DNA from: Candidatus Zixiibacteriota bacterium
GTDB taxonomy: Bacteria > Zixibacteria > MSB-5A5 > UBA10806
Assembly (NCBI GenBank): GCA_024641335.1
Contig: JAHEDG010000001.1
Span: 46,910-110,909 of the forward strand
DNA length: 64,000 nucleotides
Direction of reading: 5' to 3'
The stretch's first letter is position 1. Each line of letters starts with the position of its first letter. A model generated the notes under the pieces. The model saw nothing but the letters and a program-made list of their open reading frames with translations. It was not told the DNA's origin and ran no database searches. The translations under genes were made by a program, and so were the position numbers. Shown piece by piece: positions 56,233-64,000 of the stretch.

Positions 56233-57579
56233 TTACGCGCCGCTCACGGTCATCCGGGCTACCCGGAACGACGGTGATGATATCGGTCCGAGGAATTCCA
56301 GATCATTACCCACCATATCGATATTCTGAAGCATCTCCAGTATATTGGAGGCTACCGTTATTCCCTCGACAGGATAAGTTAATTCTCCGTTTTCGATCCA
56401 AATACCTGACGCTCCCAGCGAATAATCGCCTGTTACCGAGTTGGCTCCGAAACCCATCAGGTTAGTCAGAAAGAGCCCCTCTTTTACAGATCCGATAATA
56501 TCGGCAGGCGCGTGTTCGCCGTTTTCAAGGTAGAAATTGAATGGTCCTATCGAGGGCAGTGATGATGATTCCCTTTGGGCATTACCGGTCGATTCGACTC
56601 CGGATTTGCGGGCGGTGTAGGAATCGTACATATACGATACCAATTCCCCGCGGGAAATTATCTGTCTTTTCGACGTTGCCGCTCCTTCGCCGTCGAACGG
56701 GGCTGAGGCCAGACCTCGTTTCAAAACCCCGTCATCGACTATCGTAATCAGTGACGAGGCGATTTTTTTGCCGAGTTTTCCTGCCAGGTATGACGCTTTT
56801 CTATAGATCAATTTACCGTTCAAAGCCTCGCTCAAGCTGTTTAGCACCGATAGTCCTGAAACATTATCGAAAACAACCGGGACCCGGGCGGTGCGGGGTG
56901 TTCTCGCTCCTAACATCCTGACTGTTCTCTCGGCGGCTCTCTCGGCTATTGTTTCGGGAGCCTGGAGATCGGAGAAATTACGTTTGAACGAGAACCACCA
57001 TCCCCCCTGAAGCTTGTCGTTTTCTCTGGCTACCGGCTGGCAGACCATATAGCAAAATGATGATTTGTACGAGAGATTTCGCCCGAAAGAATTGGCTATG
57101 TAAGTCGTTGTCGAACCGTCGAAGAAACCGGCCCCTTCGGAATTCGATATCCTGGAATCATACTCGAACATAGCCGATTCCATTTTTTGACAGGCCTCGA
57201 TTTTCCATTCGGTGGTAATTTTTTCTATTTGCGGGTCGAACAGATCGAAGTCGGCGGATAGAGGTTCTTCGTCCTGATCGGGCAGTCCGTTGAATTGGTC
57301 TTCGGTAGTCTGGGCCGCTAACCTGACCGCTCCTTCGGCCGCCTGCTCCAATCCGGATTTGGTAAAATTGGAACCGAAAAAGAAGCCGAGTTTTTTATCT
57401 TTGAAAACCCGTAAGCCATACCCTTGAGAAATAGCCTCTTTGATATTTTCCAATTCCCGCATCCTGGTCTTCACTTCGGATTCGCGGCCGCTGGTGATGA
57501 AGACATCGGCCTGGTCCGCTCCTTTATGGATGGCGGCTCTGATTATATCGTTGGCGAACTGCTCCGGATGTATTGTCAT
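56233..57579 (-). CDS. pmbA: TldE/PmbA-family metalloprotease subunit
   Basis: PmbA_TldD family length and similarity. Lacks the HExxxH of TldD. Adjacent to and co-oriented with the TldD gene. Confidence 0.75.
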   Translation of the reverse strand: MTIHPEQFANDIIRAAIHKGADQADVFITSGRESEVKTRMRELENIKEAISQGYGLRVFKDKKLGFFFGSNFTKSGLEQAAEGAVRLAAQTTEDQFNGLPDQDEEPLSADFDLFDPQIEKITTEWKIEACQKMESAMFEYDSRISNSEGAGFFDGSTTTYIANSFGRNLSYKSSFCYMVCQPVARENDKLQGGWWFSFKRNFSDLQAPETIAERAAERTVRMLGARTPRTARVPVVFDNVSGLSVLNSLSEALNGKLIYRKASYLAGKLGKKIASSLITIVDDGVLKRGLASAPFDGEGAATSKRQIISRGELVSYMYDSYTARKSGVESTGNAQRESSSLPSIGPFNFYLENGEHAPADIIGSVKEGLFLTNLMGFGANSVTGDYSLGASGIWIENGELTYPVEGITVASNILEMLQNIDMVGNDLEFLGPISSPSFRVARMTVSGA

Positions 57580-59093
57580 TATGCCCCTCCGGATGTCATC
57601 GATTTTCCCGCGATGGCTGTACCGCCGACAGTAATCTCGGATATCTTACATGTCGGCAGTCCAACTCCCACCGGTACGGATTGATTGTCTTTGCCGCAGG
57701 TTCCGACTCCGGAATCATATTCGAGATCGTTGCCCACCATAACCACCTTTTGCAATACCTCGGGGCCGGAACCTATCAGGTTCGCTCCCTTGACAGGATA
57801 AGTCAATTTGCCGTCTTCGATCATATATCCTTCGGTAACCTGAAATACGAACTGCCCGTTGGAAATATCCACCTGCCCACCCCCGAACGACTTGGCGTAA
57901 AAACCTTTCTTTACCGACGACAATATCTCATCGGGCGTATTATCGCCCGGCAGCATGAATGTATTGGTCATTCGGGGCATCGGATAATGCTGGTATGATT
58001 CGCGACGGCCTGAACCACGGGGAACGGCGTTCATCAGTCCGGCGTTTAGTCTGTCGGTCATATATTCTCTTAGAATCCCGTTTTCTATTAACGTTTTTCT
58101 CTCGGAGCGGCGCCCTTCGTCATCGATATTGATACTTCCCCTCAAATTCGGAATGGTCCCATCGTCGATAACCGTACATAGCTCCGAGGCCACTTTCTGC
58201 CCGATTCTTCCAGAATACAGGGATGTGCCCTTTCGGTTGAAATCGGCTTCCAGGCCGTGCCCAACCGCCTCATGCAAAAGAATTCCGGCCCAGCCGTTGC
58301 CCAGGACTACAGTTTGCGGTCCCGCGGGCGCTTCCCTTGCGTTAAGAAGAACGAGAGATTGTTTTACCGCTTTAACGGCGAAATCTTCGGGCGTGTGATT
58401 TTCAAAATATTCGAATCCGACTCTGCCGCCCCCGCCTTCCCGTCCCGATTGCCGGTTATTTCCTTCCATAGCGTAGGCAGCCACATTAAACCTGGTCATG
58501 ATTCTCTGATCGCCGGCCATTAATCCATCGGAATTAATCACCAGGACTAATTTTACGCCGTCCCAGATGGAGGCTTCGACCTGGTATACGCGGGGATCCT
58601 GATCGAAGGCCGCTTTATTCGCCCGCCAGAGCAAATCGGCCTTTTTGGAAGCCTCGACGCTATCCGGGGGAATTTTCACCGGAGAGATATCCCCCGCTTT
58701 CTCCGGTCTGATATTCACGCCATCTATTTTATTTCGCCGCGACCCTGCGGCTATAAAGGATGCCGTTGCGGCGGCCTTCAGCAGGTCTTTTTTATCGAAG
58801 ATTTCTGTATAAGCATATCCGGTTTTTTCTCCGTGGATCACCCTGATACCGACGCCGTTGGAAACCCCGGATTGGGCTTGCCGTATCTTGTTTTCTTCCA
58901 GAGAGATACCGCCGATAATCGAAAATTCGGCGTATATTTCGGCGAATTCTCCACCTCGCGAGAGGGCCTCGGAAAATACCCTGTCTATGGCGGCGGAGGT
59001 TAAGAGGGATTCGATTATGGAATATCCATCTTTCATGGATTGGGCTATTTTAATCCCGCTGAAGACATCTTTTATCATTTCCGGGTTTGCCAT
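57579..59093 (-). CDS. tldD: TldD-family metalloprotease
   Basis: 'LLHEAVGHGLEADF' HExxxH zinc motif characteristic of TldD. 504 aa. Confidence 0.8.
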   Translation of the reverse strand: MANPEMIKDVFSGIKIAQSMKDGYSIIESLLTSAAIDRVFSEALSRGGEFAEIYAEFSIIGGISLEENKIRQAQSGVSNGVGIRVIHGEKTGYAYTEIFDKKDLLKAAATASFIAAGSRRNKIDGVNIRPEKAGDISPVKIPPDSVEASKKADLLWRANKAAFDQDPRVYQVEASIWDGVKLVLVINSDGLMAGDQRIMTRFNVAAYAMEGNNRQSGREGGGGRVGFEYFENHTPEDFAVKAVKQSLVLLNAREAPAGPQTVVLGNGWAGILLHEAVGHGLEADFNRKGTSLYSGRIGQKVASELCTVIDDGTIPNLRGSINIDDEGRRSERKTLIENGILREYMTDRLNAGLMNAVPRGSGRRESYQHYPMPRMTNTFMLPGDNTPDEILSSVKKGFYAKSFGGGQVDISNGQFVFQVTEGYMIEDGKLTYPVKGANLIGSGPEVLQKVVMVGNDLEYDSGVGTCGKDNQSVPVGVGLPTCKISEITVGGTAIAGKSMTSGGA

Positions 59094-59281
59094 CCTTCCT
59101 GGCTTTATCAGTGTTCCTTTTTTAACCGGTATTCAGTCCCGAAAGTTCGAAATTCATCAATTTAATTACTATGAAAAGCCGGGTAATTCAAGAATTAACA
59201 ATTATGAGAATTTTACCGTTTCATTGAATAGAGCCGCTTAAAGGGCTTGGAAAGCAGGCCGATAGAGTAAGGGAATGGAAC

Positions 59282-60604
59282 TTGGGAAGGAATACTATGT
59301 CTTTGAGAAATAAGATATTCAAAAAACTCGATTCCCTGGAACTGATTGTCTCGCCGCCGGCAATTATCGCCCAGGTGCTGGCTCTAATTGATAAAGATCA
59401 GTCTTCGGCTTCCAAACTTTCCGAAATAATCTTAAAAGACGCCAATTTGACCGCCAGAGTCTTACGGGTGGCCAATTCGTCATTTTACGGATACCGCCAG
59501 CAGGTAACTAATGTCAATCAGGCGATAATGGTCCTCGGACAAAACGTTGTTCGATGCCTGGTTCTATCCATTTCAATTTATAATCAAATCGCTTCCAAAC
59601 AAACCAGGAATGAAAAAGAATTTGCTAATATCTGGCAGCACCTGATCGAAACAGCGGTATCAGCTAAAGGGGCCGCCACCGCGGCAGGGTACAAGGACGA
59701 GGACACCGCCTATGTCGCCGGGCTTCTCCACGATATAGGACGTCTTTTTTTATTTCAGTATTTCAGCAAAGAGACTTTTCAGGTGCGGCGTCTCATGGCC
59801 GACGGTCTGACTATGACCGAAGGAGAACGCAAGATATTGGACACCAATCATCAGGAAGTTGGGGCGTATATTGCCAAACGTTGGGATATGCCCGAAGCTC
59901 TCGTGGAGGCTATCGCTATCCATCATCCCGCGAATGAACGCGATCTTGAGAAAATGTCGGTCTTATCCAGAATTATTGTGCTGGCCGATAATCTTTCTCC
60001 CGCCAATTCCGAATATCCCGAGGATCTGAACGGAGCCGGAATAAAGATCAGCCTGCTGGATTTGGCTGCCCGGTCTCTCGAAATCGATATTGAAAAAATC
60101 CGGAAGATCTATAAACTGCTGCCCAAGGAAGTTTTGAGCAACGCCGAAGGGATGGAATTGAACTTAGGCGACGCTTTCGAATATCTTTCCAGAACCAATG
60201 ATGAGCTCTTCGGGTTATATTTGGAGTTAGCCAAGGTCTTTAGGGAGAGACAGGATTTGAGCAAACAGATCCTTTGGGAGGAAAGACTGGAAGGAACCCA
60301 GGAATCTCTGCGGATAGCCTTAGCGACTCTTTCGCACTATATCAATAACGCCACCATGCAAATCAGCGGGCAATGCGAAGTTGCCCAACTGCTATATGAG
60401 CAGGGTCATAAAGACAAGGTATTTCAGAAAATTCCTGTCCTGACCGAATCGATAAGATCATCGATACGAAAGATATCGGCTGTTTTGGAAGAGCTTTCCG
60501 GGGTGGCCAGCGTGGAGAATATGAATTTCTTCAAGCACTCCAGGGCCATAGATATCGAAGAGGCTCTCAAAAGACGCCTGGAGCCTGAAAAGATCAAAGC
60601 CTGA
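59282..60604 (+). CDS. HDOD-domain signalling protein with C-terminal coiled-coil extension
   Basis: 'LVSPPAIIAQVLALIDKDQSSASKLSEIILKDANLTARVLRVANSSFYG' matches the HDOD N-terminal consensus. 'AGLLHDIG' HD-like motif. Confidence 0.75.
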   Translation: MGRNTMSLRNKIFKKLDSLELIVSPPAIIAQVLALIDKDQSSASKLSEIILKDANLTARVLRVANSSFYGYRQQVTNVNQAIMVLGQNVVRCLVLSISIYNQIASKQTRNEKEFANIWQHLIETAVSAKGAATAAGYKDEDTAYVAGLLHDIGRLFLFQYFSKETFQVRRLMADGLTMTEGERKILDTNHQEVGAYIAKRWDMPEALVEAIAIHHPANERDLEKMSVLSRIIVLADNLSPANSEYPEDLNGAGIKISLLDLAARSLEIDIEKIRKIYKLLPKEVLSNAEGMELNLGDAFEYLSRTNDELFGLYLELAKVFRERQDLSKQILWEERLEGTQESLRIALATLSHYINNATMQISGQCEVAQLLYEQGHKDKVFQKIPVLTESIRSSIRKISAVLEELSGVASVENMNFFKHSRAIDIEEALKRRLEPEKIKA

Positions 60605-60622
60605 TAATAATCAGCGGAAATA

Positions 60623-61195
60623 CTATTTTATAACTATCGTTCCCGGCGTAAAGCGGGGCGTCCACGCATGGACACCGTCAGGAGAGCCGAGATAAGTTTC
60701 TTTCTGCCTCGGATCGATGGTCGATTCGAGGGCATAGACTCCCGGTTTGGCCTTTTTGTTTACGCTGAAATAAATCCAGGCTGCCCTTTCCGGTTTTTTC
60801 GGGGAGAGCAGAGGGGAATTGTCCTTGCCGCCCAAATCGTAAATTCCGGCCATCGAAATAAATCCGGTATCGATTTTACTGTTGGTGAATTTTTCGTCCC
60901 AGCCTGTCAGGGAATTAACAAATACCACCGAATCGGCCTTCATCGCGCCGACATCATATTTTACGGCGATGCAGAAACTGCCAATTCCCTCCCAACGGTC
61001 GTCACCATTGCTCCTGTTATCATCGGTGAGGATACTCATTCCCACCGCGACTTTCCCGCCGGGGGAGGCGTTGACCGAATCCAGAATAACGTAATCGGGA
61101 TTGCCAGTATCTATCCTCTGGTTTTCGGCCCGGCCCGATACCGCGGCGCTCAGGAAAACAGAAATCAGAATGATTGTTGATATCCGCGTCCTCAT
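60623..61195 (-). CDS. Secreted hypothetical protein
   Basis: Signal peptide 'ILISVFLSAAVSGRA'. No recognised domain. Confidence 0.4.
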   Translation of the reverse strand: MRTRISTIILISVFLSAAVSGRAENQRIDTGNPDYVILDSVNASPGGKVAVGMSILTDDNRSNGDDRWEGIGSFCIAVKYDVGAMKADSVVFVNSLTGWDEKFTNSKIDTGFISMAGIYDLGGKDNSPLLSPKKPERAAWIYFSVNKKAKPGVYALESTIDPRQKETYLGSPDGVHAWTPRFTPGTIVIK

Positions 61196-61962
61196 TATTT
61201 CTCCACCGTTTTCCCGCTTATCGGGATGCTGAAACGAGAATCGGGGTTTCCATCGGCCGCGATTGTCACCGAGGCCACAAATGATCCGGGTTGTATATGA
61301 CCCAGATATTCGAGAACTAATTCGGCCGATTTTCCGGGTTTCAATGATGCTTTCGAAAGGGAAGTTTTGACTATTTTATCCGACGGTTGGGACAGAATTT
61401 TAAGGTCGGCTGTCTCCGTACCGGTATTAGTGATCTTCACCTTAACCGTTGATTTCCCGCCTTCGTCGATCGCCCCGAAATCGACTATCGCCGGTTCCGC
61501 CATCAAGGTTAAGAGGGGATTATTTATATTGGCATTAAAAGAAATTTTGAAATAGGGATTGATCGGATCGTCGCAATTGATATTGATATATTTTCTCACC
61601 AGACCCTGCAGTTTTTTAGTATTCAGCGATACCGAGAGATTAGTCGATTCTCCCGGAGCGATTCTATCGGAACTCAAAGGTGCGGTGGTACAACCGCAGG
61701 TCGGCTTGACCTTGGTGATAACCAGCGTATCTGTTCCTGTATTTCTAAAGATGAAATCATGGGTCACAACGCTTCCTTTGGGTATCGATCCGAAATCCCA
61801 GAAGTCCTCGTCTACTTTTATCCTGGCTTTGGATGCCGGATCGACCTTGATTATCGCCGGGGAGTCCTCATCATCGGTTTGAGCCGCGAGCGACGGAGCT
61901 AAAACCAAAAAAATCATCATGGCGATTGAAAAAGCGGACAGAGCGAATTTCAGGTATCTCAT
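61195..61962 (-). CDS. DUF1573 domain protein (two tandem DUF1573 repeats)
   Basis: Two copies of the 'FDFG.I..G......F...NTG...L.I.......CGCT' pattern ('VKPTCGCTTA'). Signal peptide. Start at the Met with AGGAG RBS at 61962. The track start is 62004. Confidence 0.7.
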   Translation of the reverse strand: MRYLKFALSAFSIAMMIFLVLAPSLAAQTDDEDSPAIIKVDPASKARIKVDEDFWDFGSIPKGSVVTHDFIFRNTGTDTLVITKVKPTCGCTTAPLSSDRIAPGESTNLSVSLNTKKLQGLVRKYININCDDPINPYFKISFNANINNPLLTLMAEPAIVDFGAIDEGGKSTVKVKITNTGTETADLKILSQPSDKIVKTSLSKASLKPGKSAELVLEYLGHIQPGSFVASVTIAADGNPDSRFSIPISGKTVEK

Positions 61963-62014
61963 TGCTACTTCTCCTTTTTGGGTCAAGGTACGCGGGCTCG
62001 ACAAAATGTCAAGT

Positions 62015-62977
62015 TTATTCCAGAAACCCCAGATTTTTCATCCAGCTATCATTATATATTTTGGATAAGTAGCGGTTGCCGGAATCTGCCATGATAACCA
62101 CCGGACAGCTTATTCCCGGATCATCTTTAAGTAATTGGTCGGCCGCCGCTATAACAGCCCCTGATGATCCGCCGCTAAATATCCCTTCGGTTCCGGCTAT
62201 TTTTCTCGAAGTCGAAAAAGCCTGCCGGTCGCTTATGGTTACGAAACGGTCTATAATATTGAAATCGAGCGCTTCCACCAGTTTGTCTCCCCCGATCCCC
62301 TCTATCTCATAATGCTCCGCCGCGGGCAGTTTTCCGGTTTCGAAATAGGGGCCGAATACCGAGCCTTCTGAATCGACGGCGACAATTTTTACTGTCGGTT
62401 TTTTTTCTTTTAGATACCGGGCCACTCCGGAAATAGTGCCGCCGGTTCCGGCTCCGGCTATCAGGCAGTCAATTTCACCGTCGGTTTGTTTCCATATCTC
62501 GGGGCCGGTAGTATCGTAATGGCAGCGGATATTGGCCGGATTATTGTACTGATCCAGGTAGATCGAATCGGGTATCATACCGGCCAATTTTTCGGCGGTT
62601 TTATAGCTGGAGCGCGGATCATCGGCTTGAACGGTATGAGGAGTCAGGATCAATTCGGCTCCGTAGGACCGCATCATATCCTGTTTCTCCTTAGAATTTT
62701 TATCGCTCATGACAATAACCGCTCGGTAGTTTTTCACAGCGCATATCCAGGCCACAGATATGCCGGTGTTGCCCGATGTCACCTCGATGACCGTGCCGCC
62801 GTGCTTCAATCTGCCGTCCCGTTCCGCCGCTTCGATGAGCGATATGGCCAACCGATCCTTGACAGATCCGCCGGGATTGAACATTTCGGCTTTGGCCAGG
62901 ATTGTTTTTCCGGGAATGACCTTTTCCAGCGGCAATAACGGCGTATTGCCGATATGGCTGATCAAATTCGCGTTCAT
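62015..62977 (-). CDS. Cysteine synthase family PLP enzyme (CysK/CysM-like)
   Basis: 'IGNTPLLPL', PLP-lysine context 'NPGGSVKDRLA', and 'TSGNTGISVAWICA' glycine-rich PLP phosphate loop. The track start is 63001, but the Met at 62977 matches the family N-terminus. Confidence 0.8.
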   Translation of the reverse strand: MNANLISHIGNTPLLPLEKVIPGKTILAKAEMFNPGGSVKDRLAISLIEAAERDGRLKHGGTVIEVTSGNTGISVAWICAVKNYRAVIVMSDKNSKEKQDMMRSYGAELILTPHTVQADDPRSSYKTAEKLAGMIPDSIYLDQYNNPANIRCHYDTTGPEIWKQTDGEIDCLIAGAGTGGTISGVARYLKEKKPTVKIVAVDSEGSVFGPYFETGKLPAAEHYEIEGIGGDKLVEALDFNIIDRFVTISDRQAFSTSRKIAGTEGIFSGGSSGAVIAAADQLLKDDPGISCPVVIMADSGNRYLSKIYNDSWMKNLGFLE

Positions 62978-63131
62978 TTTCAAAGTTTGCCGAATCAGCA
63001 TGTCATTTTATACCGTATTTTACAGCTAAAGTTCAAGTATTTTTTAGTCTCGAAAATGAAAATGCCCGACGAAAATCAGCTGTTTATCGGCCGCCTGGCG
63101 GGCACAGTTGACAATAAAGCCAAAAAACATA

Positions 63132-63158
63132 TTGATATTCGGCCTCTGGCGGTATAAT
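63132..63158 (+). promoter_or_regulatory. Candidate sigma-70 promoter for purD (TTGATA-N15-TATAAT)
   Basis: Consensus -10 TATAAT 27 nt upstream of the purD ATG. The spacer is short at 15 nt, so confidence is moderate. Lies in the divergent intergenic region with the cysK-like gene. Confidence 0.4.
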
Positions 63159-63184
63159 ATTGCTTAACTAAATTTGGGAGGAGT

Positions 63185-64000
63185 ATGAAAATCCTTGTAG
63201 TGGGAAAAGGCGGCCGCGAGCACGCCCTGGTATGGAAATTGTCCCAATCCAAAAGGGTCGATAAAATCTATGTGGCCCCGGGCAATGCCGGAATCTCCAG
63301 GCTCGCGGAAGTTGTCAATATAGAGGTGGATCAATTGGACGCCCTTGCTGATTTTGCCGAAAAAAACAAAATCGGTCTTACGGTGGTCGGGCCGGAGCTT
63401 CCCCTGACTATGGGTATTGTTGATGTTTTCGAGGAGAGGGGGCTGAAGATATTCGGCCCTAACAAAGAAGCGGCCGAAATAGAGGGATCTAAATCGTTCG
63501 CCAAGAATTTCATGCACAAATACCATATCCCAACAGCCCGTTTCAAAGTCTTCGAAAACCATTTTGAAGCTTTGGATTTTGTCCAATCGGCCAGTTATCC
63601 TCTGGTAATAAAAGCGGACGGTCTGGCGGCGGGCAAGGGAGCCGTGGTGGTTAATAATCCGCGGGAAGCCAAGATTACGGTCGAGAATATTATGGTGGAC
63701 AGAGTATTCGGCGAGGCCGGCTCGAAATTGGTGATTGAAGAGTTCCTGACCGGCGAGGAGGTTACGGTCATGGCTTTCACCGACGGCGAGCGGATCATTC
63801 CGATGGTCTCGGCCCAGGATCATAAGAGGATTGGAGAAGGGGATACCGGGCTTAATACCGGAGGCATGGGCGCCTATGCCCCGACCACTATTGTCGCGGA
63901 GCGGATGCTCAAGCAGATAACCGAAGAGATTCTGGAGCCGACCATAAGAGGACTGGCCGAACAGGGCAGGGTTTACACCGGTGTTTTGTATACCGGTTTG
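63185..64000 (+). CDS. purD: Phosphoribosylamine--glycine ligase (3' end beyond window)
   Basis: 'MKILVVGKGGREHALVWKL...VAPGNAG' PurD N-terminus. ATP-grasp 'VIKADGLAAGKGAVVV'. GGAGG RBS 5 nt upstream. Absent from the ORF track because no stop codon falls in the window. Confidence 0.9.
   Translation, partial: MKILVVGKGGREHALVWKLSQSKRVDKIYVAPGNAGISRLAEVVNIEVDQLDALADFAEKNKIGLTVVGPELPLTMGIVDVFEERGLKIFGPNKEAAEIEGSKSFAKNFMHKYHIPTARFKVFENHFEALDFVQSASYPLVIKADGLAAGKGAVVVNNPREAKITVENIMVDRVFGEAGSKLVIEEFLTGEEVTVMAFTDGERIIPMVSAQDHKRIGEGDTGLNTGGMGAYAPTTIVAERMLKQITEEILEPTIRGLAEQGRVYTGVLYTGL

Noticed and set aside
63164-63823. 219-aa minus-strand ORF
   Set aside because: Antisense to purD, which has unmistakable ATP-grasp motifs and a GGAGG RBS.
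1-64000. CRISPR arrays, rRNA/tRNA genes, prophage or integrase signatures
   Set aside because: No short regularly spaced direct repeats, no tRNA-like cloverleaf regions in the intergenic gaps, and no integrase, recombinase or phage structural genes recognised.

Overview
This 64 kb window looks like chromosomal DNA of a Gram-negative bacterium with moderately high GC content. There is no rRNA, tRNA, CRISPR array or obvious mobile element. The taxonomic guess is an FCB-superphylum-like or candidate-phylum lineage, based on T9SS-type C-terminal sorting domains, many TPR lipoproteins, and DUF1573, DUF4384 and PEGA proteins. Genes run almost entirely on the + strand from 1 to about 56 kb, followed by a short minus-strand block (TldD/PmbA, DUF1573, cysteine synthase).

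Gene content is a mix of housekeeping and cell-envelope functions:
- Housekeeping: acyl-CoA ligase, ManC, TsaC, LMW-PTP, FtcD, PHP proteins, MFS transporter, TldD/PmbA, CysK-like, PurD.
- Secreted surface proteins: a 1982-aa giant protein and an HExxH metallopeptidase both carry the same T9SS-like C-terminal tail. Downstream of the giant protein lies a PorV-like beta-barrel/TPR fusion gene whose signal peptide lacks a canonical start codon.
- Regulatory and polysaccharide loci: a sigma-54 two-component pair next to a candidate -24/-12 promoter, a Wza/PCP/BY-kinase/sugar-transferase EPS export locus, and tandem type IV pilin genes with PilD (a PilQ secretin is truncated at the window start).

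The most unusual region is 36.6-42.8 kb, a candidate undescribed signalling system. It encodes a membrane protein that fuses an RsbW-like kinase domain, a periplasmic sensor, HAMP, a PP2C phosphatase and a transposase-like HTH with an acidic tail. This is followed by a ParA/MinD-like ATPase, a STAS anti-sigma antagonist and a GGDEF diguanylate cyclase. The combination resembles the Pseudomonas HsbR-HsbA-HsbD pathway but with a novel architecture.

All calls rest on reading motifs in the supplied translations. No database searches were run.
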